In this document: positions 46,965 to 58,047 of the stretch, one piece after another | Numbering within the stretch: position 1 is the stretch's first letter | Layout: every line of letters begins with the position of its first letter | From: a virus | Reading direction: 5' to 3' (one strand) | DNA: 64,000 nt | IMG/VR virus record: IMGVR_UViG_3300008110_000009 | The notes under the pieces: model-generated | Database searches by the model: none | Told to the model about the DNA's origin: nothing | What the model saw: only the letters and a program-made list of their open reading frames with translations | Program-made: the position numbers and the translations under genes

Positions 46965-49331
46965 TTAACTTTGATTACACGGGTTTAAATTATATCCCAA
47001 TGTGTTTAGTGCTGTTATTATTTGATCCGCATAATATTGAGCGGTTGAACCCGCTGTGACATTTGAAATGTAGGTTATTTCACTCTTATCAGATAGACCG
47101 TTTGTTCCTGAGTATGCACCGGTTCCATCTTTAACCGCCACCAAGAATTGTCTAAATCCATCATATGAATTTGGACCCGTATTAACTCTAAACACAATAC
47201 CTCTATAATAACTGCTATTAGGAACATTGTCAAGCGTTGATCTTAAGCCGCTTATATCAGTATCATACGTTCCTGTTCTGACACTGGTATTAAATGAGCT
47301 ACCATCAGCAGCGTATGGAGAAGATTCGTCTTGGAATACTAAGTTTATAACTTTGGTTATACCAGCTGTTGTTCCTGTTGTGTTCAATACGTACATTGTT
47401 CTTTCAGTACCACCAGATTTACTTGAGAAGTTGCTTACCGTTACGTTTTGATCATATGTGTTATAATCATTATTGTAGAATTGAACGAGACAATCTCTTA
47501 AAATAGTATCTCTCATACTTTGTAATGGTGATAGTGTTGAGTTCATTGAGCCGCTATCGTCAAACCAAATATTAATTTCAGTGTTTTCATCAACAACTAA
47601 TGGGGTACCTAATGCAGCCTCAAACACACAATCAGGTGTGTATGTTGATGTTGGTGTTGCGGTTGGTGTTTCAGTTACAGTTGGTGTTGGTGTTTCAGTT
47701 GATGTAGATGTTGGTGTCTCAGTCAACGTTGGTGTTGGTGTCGATGTAGGTGTGGGTGTAGTAATTAAAGCCACTGTGTCAATTACAAACTCACAATTTG
47801 GTGTATAAGTAATTGTAGGTGTTTCTGTTACTGTAGGTGTTTCAGTAGATGTTACGGTTGGTGTTACTGTTGGTGTTGATGTTGGGGTAGGCGTACTAAT
47901 TACTGCCACTGTATCAATTATAAATTCACAGTTTGGTGTATATGTTTCAGTTGGTGTAATTGTAATTGTTGGGGTATCTGTTGCTGTTGGTGTCTCAGTT
48001 GCTGTTGGGGTTGGGGTTACTGTTGGTGTTGCAGTTGATGTTGGTGTTGGGGTATATATTGTACCACAATCTACGTACTCAATCTTTTTACATACAGGAT
48101 TTTCTGGATCAGTGGTGTCTAAAGTATAACCAGCTGGACAGCTATAGTTTGTGCAGAATCCCTCACCCGCCAAAGGTCCACCAGGTAAGTAATCACCTGT
48201 TGAGAACATTATATTTAATTCACTTGCATTGGTTACCCCAGTCAATGTTGCTAGTGTATCGTCATATACCTCAGCAGCAAACGATCCCACACTACTTCTA
48301 TTCCAGTTTTCAATTTCAACAATATTTGGACCTGCTTCTAGTGTTACTGGATATATGTGGTAGAATCTAAAATTATCTACTGGTGAGTTATCTGCTTGAT
48401 TTATTAATGTTACAGAATTTATTTTAACTGTAATATCATTATCACCAGCCACGCCGATATAATATGTTTTTGTTGTAGTTAAATTGAATGTTGCACAGAA
48501 ACTAACGTAATCAGGATAATTTGGATTTGGCCATGTCGTGTTACCATCAACCCAAACGTTAATTTGATTCATTCTACCAGCCCAGAATGATTCGTTAGGT
48601 GTTGTATCTGGGCTACCATATGCCGTTGTATAACCAGAATATGCTAAGTTACCACTTATCGAATTTCCAACAGTATTGTAGTCATTTTCATTGTATATCT
48701 TAACACCATACATTCCGTATGCTGAGTTACTACCACCATCACCAACTAACAAGTTTTCAATTGATGTTGGGGTTGATGTTAATACTCTATAACATGCACC
48801 CCCATCATTTGTGGCTGTAAATCCTTCAGGACAATCACATGTTGGTGTTATAGTAGGTGTTTCGGTTACTGTTGAAGTAGAGGTAGGTGTTGGTGTTGCA
48901 ACAATAGCATCAATATTAATAATAAACTCACAACTATCTGATGATGTTGTTGTTGGTGTTTCAGTAGATGTTACAGTTGGCGTTAAAGTTGGTGTTGGTG
49001 TTGCTATAACCGCGTTGATATCTATTACAAACTCGCAACTATCCGATGATGTTGTTGTTGGTGTTTCAGTTGGTGTAATTGTTATCGTCGGGGTTGAGGT
49101 TGGTGTTGGGGTTACTCCTGGAACTATTTCTAGGTTACAGACAAACCCTTCAAGTTCATTTTTAAAATTAAAATCGTATGTACCGTAGTAATAATCTGAG
49201 GTCCAAAAATAAGGTATAAGTACGTTGGTTCCGATGGTAACAGCTGTTCCTCCGCTATATGGATGAAAAACAACATCAGCATAATAACCGTTGTATAAAC
49301 CAGATGCACTATATAATCTTATTGTTGCCAT
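46965..49331 (-). CDS. Putative virion surface protein: CEFxID repeats, PA14-like domain flanked by CPxGY/F motifs, C-terminal vWA-like domain
   Basis: YYIGVAGDNDITVKIN...LEAGPNIVEI (PA14-like); CDCPEGF and SCPAGY; IWFDDSGSM (MIDAS DxSxS). Confidence 0.6.
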   Translation of the reverse strand: MATIRLYSASGLYNGYYADVVFHPYSGGTAVTIGTNVLIPYFWTSDYYYGTYDFNFKNELEGFVCNLEIVPGVTPTPTSTPTITITPTETPTTTSSDSCEFVIDINAVIATPTPTLTPTVTSTETPTTTSSDSCEFIINIDAIVATPTPTSTSTVTETPTITPTCDCPEGFTATNDGGACYRVLTSTPTSIENLLVGDGGSNSAYGMYGVKIYNENDYNTVGNSISGNLAYSGYTTAYGSPDTTPNESFWAGRMNQINVWVDGNTTWPNPNYPDYVSFCATFNLTTTKTYYIGVAGDNDITVKINSVTLINQADNSPVDNFRFYHIYPVTLEAGPNIVEIENWNRSSVGSFAAEVYDDTLATLTGVTNASELNIMFSTGDYLPGGPLAGEGFCTNYSCPAGYTLDTTDPENPVCKKIEYVDCGTIYTPTPTSTATPTVTPTPTATETPTATDTPTITITPTETYTPNCEFIIDTVAVISTPTPTSTPTVTPTVTSTETPTVTETPTITYTPNCEFVIDTVALITTPTPTSTPTPTLTETPTSTSTETPTPTVTETPTATPTSTYTPDCVFEAALGTPLVVDENTEINIWFDDSGSMNSTLSPLQSMRDTILRDCLVQFYNNDYNTYDQNVTVSNFSSKSGGTERTMYVLNTTGTTAGITKVINLVFQDESSPYAADGSSFNTSVRTGTYDTDISGLRSTLDNVPNSSYYRGIVFRVNTGPNSYDGFRQFLVAVKDGTGAYSGTNGLSDKSEITYISNVTAGSTAQYYADQIITALNTLGYNLNPCNQS

Positions 49332-49334
49332 TTA

Positions 49335-49925
49335 TTATATTTGAGTTAATGTTGCTATTACTGATGGCACTGACGGACCAATAGTTGGGGTCAGTGATGT
49401 TATTTGTATATTACTATCTGTTGTTGCCCAAGCAATTTCAACATAATCACCGCTATTTAAGTTGGGGTATATTATGTTCCAAGCAGCAACAACATATTCA
49501 CCGTTATTGGCGAAAGTTATTACTGTATTAGAGCTTGTAATAGATGTACCATTTTTCTTAAACCATATATAGAAATTTTCCGTTGTTCCACCTTGTACTC
49601 TATATAATTGAGCAGAGAATTGTAAATTATACGATCCTGGGTTACTAACAATCATTTGTGATCCATTAGCCCATGTACACCCATTTGTTGCATCAAGACT
49701 ATTAAATGTCATTAAATGCTCAGTATTTGTAGTTCCTGTTTGAATCACGGAACTACTATATGAACCAAAAAATCTTGTTGTGCCACTTGTTATAACACCA
49801 GAAAATAAATCTTCATGTGTTATAGCAGCAGAATCATATGGACCATTTCCTTGAGCCATATAAAATAACGATCCGCTTGTTGGGGTTGTTAATCGTTGTA
49901 ATTCTGAAATTCTAGTTATACTCAT
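49335..49925 (-). CDS. C1q/BclA-like jelly-roll domain protein with an RISEL-type N-terminal segment
   Basis: MSITRISEL...; IVSNPGSYNLQFSAQL, IWFKKNG, LNSGDYVEIAW. Confidence 0.7.
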   Translation of the reverse strand: MSITRISELQRLTTPTSGSLFYMAQGNGPYDSAAITHEDLFSGVITSGTTRFFGSYSSSVIQTGTTNTEHLMTFNSLDATNGCTWANGSQMIVSNPGSYNLQFSAQLYRVQGGTTENFYIWFKKNGTSITSSNTVITFANNGEYVVAAWNIIYPNLNSGDYVEIAWATTDSNIQITSLTPTIGPSVPSVIATLTQI

Positions 49926-49948
49926 TTTATTTAAATATTTTTTTTTAT

Positions 49949-52900
49949 TTATTCTTCTATTAATATGTCAGTATTATTTTCATCCACAATAAAACTTGCA
50001 CCACTTTCAAGAATTATCCCTTGAGAACTTTCAACAATTTCATAAGTCATATCACAAGATCCCTCTGTAAATGTAATTGTTGGTGTCGAAGTTATTGTTG
50101 GCGTTGTGGTAGAGGTTGGTGTAGGTGTTGATATAACTGAATTAATATCTATTACAAATTCACAACTATCTGATGATGTTGTTGTTGGTGTTTCAGTTAT
50201 AGTTGGTGTAGCTGTTTCTGTTGGTGTTGGTGTTGCAATAATTGCAATTGTATCAATTATAAAATCACAATTAGATGTAAAAGTTGATGTTGGCGTTATA
50301 GTAACACTTGGTGTCGGTGTTGCAATTGTTGCGACTGTATCAATAACAAATTCACAATTTGGTGTGTATGTCGATGTCGGCGTTATAGTGACGCTCGGTG
50401 TTGGGGTTGCAATTGTTGCAACTGTATCAATAACAAATTCACAATTTGGTGTTGATGTTGATGTCGGTGTTATAGTGATACTTGGTGTCGGAGTGGGAAT
50501 TACAGCAACTGTATCAATTACAAATTCACAATTTGGTGTTGATGTTGAAGTTGTTGTTGGTGTAGGTGTTAGCGTCACAACATTTGTATCAATTACAAAT
50601 TCACAATTTGGTGTTGTTGTTACTGTTGGTGTACTAGTTGGCGTCTCTGTTACAGTAGGCGTACCAGTGTTTGTTGATGTATTTGTAGGTGTACTAGTTG
50701 GTGTCTCAGTCAACGTTGGTGTTGGTGTCGATGTAGGTGTATTTGTAGCGGTTGGTGTGCTAGTTATGGTAGGTGTACTGGTAGATGTATTTGTTGGTGT
50801 AGGTGTAGATGTTGGACTTGGGGTTACTATTGGATATGTGCTACCACAAGGTACGGCCGGGGTTATAACACCACATTCAGTTGTATAATTTCTTACAGGA
50901 TCTTCAATTTCAGTTTTACAACATTGATTATCAATATAATATTGACTTAAGCTCATATTAAGTCTATTAAACTTAGTATATGAGTGTTGTATTAATACTT
51001 GTGTTCCATCATTACCATTAAACAATATTAGGTTTTGAGGTTGTGTTCCTGTTATATTAATGTTATAATAAAGATTATTTTCACAGTAATTTAAATTAAC
51101 TGAAATAACCTCTAATAATTCACCTTTTTCTGTAATTAAAAAATCACCAGTATCATAATAATCTGATGGATAATAACAACAAGGCTCCTCCGGTGTTTCT
51201 GGTTTTAATTGCAAAAACTCTGGAGATCTAGAATCAAAAAAGTAACCATCTCGTTTAGATACCCTATATGTTGCTTCATCAACCTCTTTATTTGTGTAAA
51301 CACGTAGTTTTGTTGTTGGTAAAACTTCAATAACAACCTGTTGACCGTTTGAGGTCATACCTATTATTTCACTTTTCTTTACAGATCCTAAACAATCAAT
51401 ATCGCTAATTGTATGCGTTGAATAATCATATGAAAAAGAATAATCATTGTTTTCACTAGCATATTCAAACATGCTTGATGAAAGTGTGGTGCATGATAAG
51501 TATGTTGCACCTAATATGACATTTCCATTAACTAAATCTTTAACATCTTTCTTAACAAGAGTTCCAGCAGCTAAATAACTAGTAATATTTGCTGGTGTTG
51601 TAGATGAATTAATTGTAGCACCACTAACAACAATAACTTTAGTATTGTGTTTTAAACCATAATTGTATGTGTTTCTATATTGTACTTTTGGTACTAATGT
51701 ATAGCCAGTGTTAACAACTAACGGTAAATCAGGCACTTCAGATGGGTATTCTACATATCTTAATGCTAGTCCTTCTATTTTTACTTTTTTATCACAGTTT
51801 GCTGCATCAGTAAAAATTAAATCAATAACCTCATCTTCTCTTACATTACTAAGTTTGAACTTACAATTTTCTCCAACAATTTGGAAGAAACTTGTATCTG
51901 TATAAGTTGGGTGGTATCCTGTACTGATGTTATTTCCTGGTGTACAATTTCTTTGAACATATACACCCCATCCACTATCGTTACCAGATTGAACAGTAAC
52001 ACCTGTTAAGCTAACAATAACATCTGTTGCAACTTTACAAGTTGGATAACCAGAATAAACATCACAAGACGCATCAAATGATAAATCTAAATGACATTTT
52101 GGCTCAGTATATTTGTAATCAACATCAAAATAAAAATCTAAATTATCTTTTACTAAACATTCTCCAGAAGAGTTTGTGTGTGCAATAAATTTAACTTTTT
52201 CAACACCATTATTATCTGTGAAAAATTCATAAGATATTAATTGTGTTTTTCCTGACAATATAGCATTTCCAGGAACATATGAAGGGGTATTGAATGCACT
52301 ATATTGTGTTTCTGTTTGATTAATTTGTTCAACAAGAGATGCTATGGCGTTTTTCCAAGCGGCTTTTATTGTTGTTAAATTTAAATTAATCCAATTTTTA
52401 TATTCACAAATAAGTGGTATTTTAGATGTTGAGGAAGTTAGTACACTACAACTTTCCACAGCAGTAAAACCAGTACCAAATAAGGTACTGCCGGTTAAAA
52501 CTACTTGTGTCGTTCCACTATAATCAGTACCGTCAATATCAATATGTAAAGTAAATGTTACACCACTAAATTCAATTAAACCTCTTAGATTATCTGGATC
52601 TCCAATTATTGTTTCAAGATCTTCTTCAATTACTGTTTCAAATTCTGGATATAAATTTTCTACAATCTCTAATGGTTTACATGGTTTTCTATATGAAAAC
52701 TTGGGTCTACCAAAAACATTGTTTTCAATTAAATTACCCCCCATCCATAATGTTGTTGATGGTATAATTTGTTCTAAAACATTTGACCAATATGGGCTCA
52801 TCTGATTAACAAAATCAGATGTTGATATTATATCATAAGTTGTATAACCAGATGCTACTAATTGATTTATATAATCCTGATAAACATCCTCTAAAGCAAT

Positions 52901-55003
52901 ATAATTCTTCTTATATCTTATTATATTTGAATTAGTTATTTGATTTGAGAAGGTATTTTCTAAATATTGTGCAAAAGTTACACCAGTTTGTGGTGGTAGA
53001 CTATTTGTGCCAAAAGTTACTTCAAGTTCTCTAGATTTTCTCCAAATATCATAGTTAACAGCATTTGCTGCAGATACGAATACGTTTATGTTTTTTCTAT
53101 TAAGAATTAAATTTGAAAGAGCTTCGTCTTCTAAGATTTGTCCTTGCTGATTATCAATTTCACTTTTTATTGTGAAACCATAATCTAAGCCAGGTAATGT
53201 TCTGTAATTATCAAAAAACTCTTCACCATAAGAATATGGTTTTGCTGTTGTTAATAGCGTTTTAGTTCTTCCGGTTAATACTGAATTTTCAGTATCAAGG
53301 ACATCGGAAGATCTATGATCTAAGCTAACATTTGCCCAGCCAGACCCCATTTGGAAGAAAACATTTTCTTGATTTGTTGTTGGAGCTTTAGGTAATAATG
53401 TTGTTTCGTCGATGGGGTAATCGGTTAGTTGATTATTTGTTGTTAACCCTGTTAAAGAAGAAACGGTATAAGTGTATGTATCACTATTAAATGTTACACT
53501 ATTACTAACATTAATATTATTTAATGTGTTATTTAGATCATCTAAAGTAGATGGAGGTAACGCACTGGTTACTTTATAAACATATTCGTTTATTTTCACC
53601 ATTGGATCTGGCGCACCGATAAACTTTAAGAAAAATTCAATACTACTTCTAGTGCCTTTTGATTTATATATAAATGCTAGATTAACTAATAACCTTCTAT
53701 AGAATTCAAGTTCGGCTTCTACTAAATTTTTACCAATAGCTTGTCCATTGTAAACAGTGGAAGAAGCTTTATATATTTGTTCTTCTAAACTTTTTTGATC
53801 AAATAAATTAATGGTATTAAGACCTAGTGTATTTGCTAAGTTTTTAAGAAAAACATCTGGGATATTATCAATTGCGTCATAAGAAACATTTCTCATGTTC
53901 GCGATATTGTCAATATAAGATTTTACTTTATCGAAGCTCTGACCATATAATTGAAATATCTTATCAATTTTTTGATCCTCTGTGTCAAATTCAAATAATT
54001 GCGGCGCAACAAGAAATCTTGTAACTAAATTGGATTTATAGTTATCAATTTCAGTTGCTAAGTCACTTAAACGTGTTAGATATTCCTCGAACTTAAGACC
54101 GGTAATTTGAATGTTGTACCCATCTTTTGATGTTGGCCAGTTAACTAATATGGAAATCAGTTCTGTTTTTGTTTCGTCTAAACTAGTTCTAGGAACCGTA
54201 AACCCAGCTTGATATATTGGGTATGTTTCTCGATTTAATAATGTTTGTTCTAAATCGTCTAAACCTAAATAAAATTCTTCAACAACACTGTCATTTGGTC
54301 TTAAAATAAAACTATCTGAATATGTTGCACCAGTAAATGGTTTACCATCAACAACAAGTGTTATTTGGTTAAACTGATCTGGCTGTACGTAACTTGTTAC
54401 AGCATAAGTTTTATCCTCTATTACAATACAATATTTTGTATATGAAGAAAATAAATTTCTTATTTTATTTTCAACTTCAATTAATTGACTTGCTGTTGGT
54501 TCTTTTAATACAATATCAAAAGGATTAAAAAATCTACCAACTTGAGTTTTAAATGTGGTTGTATTAGTTGTTGGATTATGTGTTATATTTTCAGCAGTGT
54601 AACTGTTAATAGACGCTAAAGCATCTTTGTCAATAAAAATACCGCCGGGAAAATTTTTAGCAATTCTAGCAATAGAGACTCTTATTCTTTCTCTTAATGA
54701 TCCAAAAAGAGACTTAGATGCATCTCTTTTATTTGTATTAAATCTTACTGGTCTTTTTTTACCATCAGATTGTACAACTGTTGTTGGAACATCTTCCTCA
54801 ACCTTAAGATTTTCTAATGTAATAAAATCTGAAAATGGCGCAGTTTGGAATTTTTTTGAGTCTTTCTCTGGGACAATCGTATCAAGAGCGAAGTTCGTAT
54901 TAGTCAATTGACTAGTACCGTCGGTAATTTGTCTACCAACGAGACTATCGTTAAACGTATCAAAACCACTAGCCGCCTGACTCGGAACTTTTCTTTTTGC
55001 CAT
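49949..55003 (-). CDS. Baseplate wedge-like protein with a long C-terminal PT/CEFVID repeat extension
   Basis: [17 protein letters not shown]...[25 protein letters not shown] resembles the P2 gpI-like wedge motif. Confidence 0.7.
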   Translation of the reverse strand: MAKRKVPSQAASGFDTFNDSLVGRQITDGTSQLTNTNFALDTIVPEKDSKKFQTAPFSDFITLENLKVEEDVPTTVVQSDGKKRPVRFNTNKRDASKSLFGSLRERIRVSIARIAKNFPGGIFIDKDALASINSYTAENITHNPTTNTTTFKTQVGRFFNPFDIVLKEPTASQLIEVENKIRNLFSSYTKYCIVIEDKTYAVTSYVQPDQFNQITLVVDGKPFTGATYSDSFILRPNDSVVEEFYLGLDDLEQTLLNRETYPIYQAGFTVPRTSLDETKTELISILVNWPTSKDGYNIQITGLKFEEYLTRLSDLATEIDNYKSNLVTRFLVAPQLFEFDTEDQKIDKIFQLYGQSFDKVKSYIDNIANMRNVSYDAIDNIPDVFLKNLANTLGLNTINLFDQKSLEEQIYKASSTVYNGQAIGKNLVEAELEFYRRLLVNLAFIYKSKGTRSSIEFFLKFIGAPDPMVKINEYVYKVTSALPPSTLDDLNNTLNNINVSNSVTFNSDTYTYTVSSLTGLTTNNQLTDYPIDETTLLPKAPTTNQENVFFQMGSGWANVSLDHRSSDVLDTENSVLTGRTKTLLTTAKPYSYGEEFFDNYRTLPGLDYGFTIKSEIDNQQGQILEDEALSNLILNRKNINVFVSAANAVNYDIWRKSRELEVTFGTNSLPPQTGVTFAQYLENTFSNQITNSNIIRYKKNYIALEDVYQDYINQLVASGYTTYDIISTSDFVNQMSPYWSNVLEQIIPSTTLWMGGNLIENNVFGRPKFSYRKPCKPLEIVENLYPEFETVIEEDLETIIGDPDNLRGLIEFSGVTFTLHIDIDGTDYSGTTQVVLTGSTLFGTGFTAVESCSVLTSSTSKIPLICEYKNWINLNLTTIKAAWKNAIASLVEQINQTETQYSAFNTPSYVPGNAILSGKTQLISYEFFTDNNGVEKVKFIAHTNSSGECLVKDNLDFYFDVDYKYTEPKCHLDLSFDASCDVYSGYPTCKVATDVIVSLTGVTVQSGNDSGWGVYVQRNCTPGNNISTGYHPTYTDTSFFQIVGENCKFKLSNVREDEVIDLIFTDAANCDKKVKIEGLALRYVEYPSEVPDLPLVVNTGYTLVPKVQYRNTYNYGLKHNTKVIVVSGATINSSTTPANITSYLAAGTLVKKDVKDLVNGNVILGATYLSCTTLSSSMFEYASENNDYSFSYDYSTHTISDIDCLGSVKKSEIIGMTSNGQQVVIEVLPTTKLRVYTNKEVDEATYRVSKRDGYFFDSRSPEFLQLKPETPEEPCCYYPSDYYDTGDFLITEKGELLEVISVNLNYCENNLYYNINITGTQPQNLILFNGNDGTQVLIQHSYTKFNRLNMSLSQYYIDNQCCKTEIEDPVRNYTTECGVITPAVPCGSTYPIVTPSPTSTPTPTNTSTSTPTITSTPTATNTPTSTPTPTLTETPTSTPTNTSTNTGTPTVTETPTSTPTVTTTPNCEFVIDTNVVTLTPTPTTTSTSTPNCEFVIDTVAVIPTPTPSITITPTSTSTPNCEFVIDTVATIATPTPSVTITPTSTYTPNCEFVIDTVATIATPTPSVTITPTSTFTSNCDFIIDTIAIIATPTPTETATPTITETPTTTSSDSCEFVIDINSVISTPTPTSTTTPTITSTPTITFTEGSCDMTYEIVESSQGIILESGASFIVDENNTDILIEE
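50130..50620 (-). repeat. Six tandem C(E/D)F(V/I)ID motifs separated by Pro-Thr linkers
   Basis: DNA unit 'tatcaat(a/t)acaaattcacaatttggtgt' and variants; further copies near 49020, 48920, 47920, 47780 and 46570. Confidence 0.9.
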
Positions 55004-55005
55004 TA

Positions 55006-55923
55006 TTATTCAGTAATATCGTCAAAGTTTAACGTTTGGTCTATATCAGTCCTTCCCTCACGAATCTCATATAATGTCTCATTAAATTCGTCCTTAACTT
55101 CGTATAGGTTAAACTGTTTATAAATGTTGTTTGAGCCATCATAGATCGTGTAGATACCTGAAGATACCGCCTTACTTTGATTACCATAAAGAGCAAGTGC
55201 AAGCGTAGATGCGTCATGTTCAACCATTTCTACCTCAATCGTAGTTGGATTAAAATAGCTGTTTGTTAGTATAATTTTTTGTAGTGGTTGGCCAATAAAT
55301 GGGACAGTATTTGGTTTATTAGTAGGTGCAGAAGATGGGGTGACAGTCAAAAACACTAAGTTTGTTGGTGAGTCTGAATATCTATATCTAACTGATTTTT
55401 GTGTGGTATTTGTTAAGTTTGTTGTTACTGGCTCACAATAAAATGAAGATGTTACAATTTTATAAAAATTTTGGACTTTTTTATTATCAGTAACACTTAT
55501 ATATTCTACTCTATATCCAACCAAACCCTGTGGGGCGAATTTAGATCTATCCTCTTGTTCAACGTTTCCAAGATCAATTACAATACCCCTAACTGAAGAT
55601 AATGATGCTAAAACACCACAATCTGTTATTTGTGTTCTTATTTGTTTTGGTCTTACGTGAAGTGTGTATATCCCTAACTCGGAGAATGTGGTACTTTCTA
55701 ATCTTAATGTATACATACCACCCAAAACCTCCACATTTGGAGCGTTTGTATCATCAGTTGTATTTGCATTGTGATATAATGGTGATAAGATAGCTGCCGA
55801 ATCCAACTTTGTTAGTGTTGAATCGGTAGTTGCACCTCTGTCCGCAGCATAGTGAAGTAGTATTTCTACATCTTCTGGTGATACATCCGCTGGTCTTATT
55901 GTTCCGTAACTTCCTACTGCCAT
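55006..55923 (-). CDS. Putative structural (baseplate-region) protein
   Basis: 305 aa, beta-rich, directly upstream of the wedge gene; TATTTAT motif upstream. Confidence 0.55.
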   Translation of the reverse strand: MAVGSYGTIRPADVSPEDVEILLHYAADRGATTDSTLTKLDSAAILSPLYHNANTTDDTNAPNVEVLGGMYTLRLESTTFSELGIYTLHVRPKQIRTQITDCGVLASLSSVRGIVIDLGNVEQEDRSKFAPQGLVGYRVEYISVTDNKKVQNFYKIVTSSFYCEPVTTNLTNTTQKSVRYRYSDSPTNLVFLTVTPSSAPTNKPNTVPFIGQPLQKIILTNSYFNPTTIEVEMVEHDASTLALALYGNQSKAVSSGIYTIYDGSNNIYKQFNLYEVKDEFNETLYEIREGRTDIDQTLNFDDITE

Positions 55924-55947
55924 AGCATTTTAATAATAAATATAATT

Positions 55948-57210
55948 TTATTGTTTTTTCACAACGAAAAATCCATTTCCATATATGTCTAATTCGCCAA
56001 TATTGTCAATTTCCCCTAATCTTAAATTAAATTCAGATACCCCCATCTTACCTCTTTCAACAAATATGTCAGAATAAACCGATGGATCTGAAACAAACCC
56101 CAAAAAATGCTCATTTCTGGTTAACATTTTATTTACCACATACTCTGTAGCAAAATCTGTACTGTTACCTGTTGTAAATCCAGAAGTTCCATTTATAATG
56201 TGGTTTGGCACTTTTCCTGTAACATAGGTTACCCCGTCTGAGCAATCATAATAATCTAAGCCATCAACTGTATATTTTGAACAGCTTAAGGTTGTACCAG
56301 GTAGTGAAGTTGATGTTACACCCGTATAAGCCGTTTGGCCGTATAATTTTTTTTCTATAATTCTACTTTTACCAACAGCAACAAATGTTAAACTTGTTGA
56401 CGATAGTGTTTTTGTTGATCCTGAAGCCGCCACACCATAATCTGTGTATGGGAAGGTAAAAGTAAGGGTACCCAAACTAGTTGGATCACCGATAACTAAA
56501 GGTAGCTTTATTGTCCTTGATAATGTTTGTACTTTCCAAGGGCTATTCATTGTAATTGAAATTACTTTACTACCTGCAGTTGAATATGTTTTGGTTGCGT
56601 TACCTAAAATTGAAATAGAAGAGGCTGTAGAATCTCCCCAATTAATTTGGAAGGTTGCGTCAACGACTCTTTTTAAAGTATTTGTATTGGTTGTGTTATA
56701 AACAGTTACGGTGTTTCCAGAAGCTTTATATGTAAAATTACAAAGTTGTTCTACTTGATCGATATCACCATCAAAACCAACCATAACACCTAATTCATCT
56801 ACTTTTGAATCTAGAAGTATTGGTAATTCATAATCTGGATATGCAGCTGATTTATTTTTTCCAATGTTAACCCAAGATGTTCCATTCCATCTATAATAAT
56901 AACCTTTGTCTGTCCACGTTAACGCTTCTGGTTGCTCAACCCAAAACGATGTTTGTGTTGACGGTATTTTATTTAAATTTGAAACAACTAATGATTTATA
57001 TATTTTACCATTATAATAAATGGTATCTCCAGAGGTGTAAGTGATATCGCTATACCATTTAACATCCATGACTGTTGTTCCACTAGTTGGTACAGTTGTT
57101 GCTGACCATGGAACTAACTGTAGGTTATTATCATACCAATACTGCCCAGCGTTATATAAAACAACCGATAATATATTTTTTTGCAATATTTCGTACTTAT
57201 ATTTTCTCAT
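55948..57210 (-). CDS. Putative structural protein with CBM5/12-like and PKD-like domains
   Basis: WYSDITYTSGDTIYYNGKIYKS....P......W; INWGDS....ATKTYSTAGSKVISIT. Confidence 0.6.
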   Translation of the reverse strand: MRKYKYEILQKNILSVVLYNAGQYWYDNNLQLVPWSATTVPTSGTTVMDVKWYSDITYTSGDTIYYNGKIYKSLVVSNLNKIPSTQTSFWVEQPEALTWTDKGYYYRWNGTSWVNIGKNKSAAYPDYELPILLDSKVDELGVMVGFDGDIDQVEQLCNFTYKASGNTVTVYNTTNTNTLKRVVDATFQINWGDSTASSISILGNATKTYSTAGSKVISITMNSPWKVQTLSRTIKLPLVIGDPTSLGTLTFTFPYTDYGVAASGSTKTLSSTSLTFVAVGKSRIIEKKLYGQTAYTGVTSTSLPGTTLSCSKYTVDGLDYYDCSDGVTYVTGKVPNHIINGTSGFTTGNSTDFATEYVVNKMLTRNEHFLGFVSDPSVYSDIFVERGKMGVSEFNLRLGEIDNIGELDIYGNGFFVVKKQ

Positions 57211-57212
57211 TT

Positions 57213-58046
57213 TTATAATTTAGCCGCAGTACCACTGCCAAAATCACAATCACTTGTAATTCCTCTAGTTATTTTATAGCTATGGTCCGATCTTTTGAAT
57301 CTTACTTGATAGTAAACATCATTAATTTCGTCCACAGTATTACTATAATTCATCTCATAAAACTTAACAGGATTTGCTGTTGTACCCACTCTTTCACCAT
57401 TTACTAAGCTAGAATTATTTGCTGTTAAATCTTTATTTAAAAATCTCGTAATTGTGCCGTCTTCAGCATTAAAAAATCTAGCAGTCATGTAAAAGGTTAG
57501 ACCGCTAAACACACTATCATCACCAAACCAAAACAAATACATATTTTCGGTGTTTCTGTAGTTGTTACCATTAAATACCGGTACAAAAATGTCTTCTCTT
57601 AAATTTAAGTCGAAAACTTTTTGTCCAAGAGGTATTGATAGGTTTTTAGCAAAAACAAGTTTTTGTGTTTCTCTTTCTCTTGTTGTATAAAATTCTAATC
57701 TAAAGAAACTATTAACGGTGTGTTTTAATAACTTAGCATTTTCTTTTGGGCTTATACCAATTAAATCGTAGTCAAAGCCATTATCATAATCTCTAGGATT
57801 TTGATTATTTAAAAAATAAAACTGATACCAAATGTCACATTGTTTAGTCGATACCCCAGATATTGTCACATCGTAAGGTTCATGAATATATCTAACAGTT
57901 TCATAGTTTTCAACCGGATTAATAATTGATCTAAGAACTTCTTCCTGATAATCTAGGAAATTTTCTTCCCAACCAGCATTTATTCTAAAATCTGTTTCCG
58001 GATTAAAAACCAAAGATTTACTATCTCTATTATACAATATATTCAT
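57213..58046 (-). CDS. Putative structural protein
   Basis: 277 aa in a tightly packed structural run; ends DCDFGSGTAAKL. Confidence 0.55.
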   Translation of the reverse strand: MNILYNRDSKSLVFNPETDFRINAGWEENFLDYQEEVLRSIINPVENYETVRYIHEPYDVTISGVSTKQCDIWYQFYFLNNQNPRDYDNGFDYDLIGISPKENAKLLKHTVNSFFRLEFYTTRERETQKLVFAKNLSIPLGQKVFDLNLREDIFVPVFNGNNYRNTENMYLFWFGDDSVFSGLTFYMTARFFNAEDGTITRFLNKDLTANNSSLVNGERVGTTANPVKFYEMNYSNTVDEINDVYYQVRFKRSDHSYKITRGITSDCDFGSGTAAKL

Positions 58047-58047
58047 T

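Noticed and set aside
50130-50620. CRISPR array
   Set aside because: The repeats are in-frame, degenerate at codon third positions and separated by low-complexity Pro-Thr coding sequence, not unique spacers; no cas genes.
50106-50888. Plus-strand Val/Gly-rich ORFs (also 40022, 46623, 47581, 48811 and the other short antisense ORFs)
   Set aside because: These are antisense shadows of Thr/Pro or Ser/Thr repeat coding on the minus strand, with no independent coding signals.
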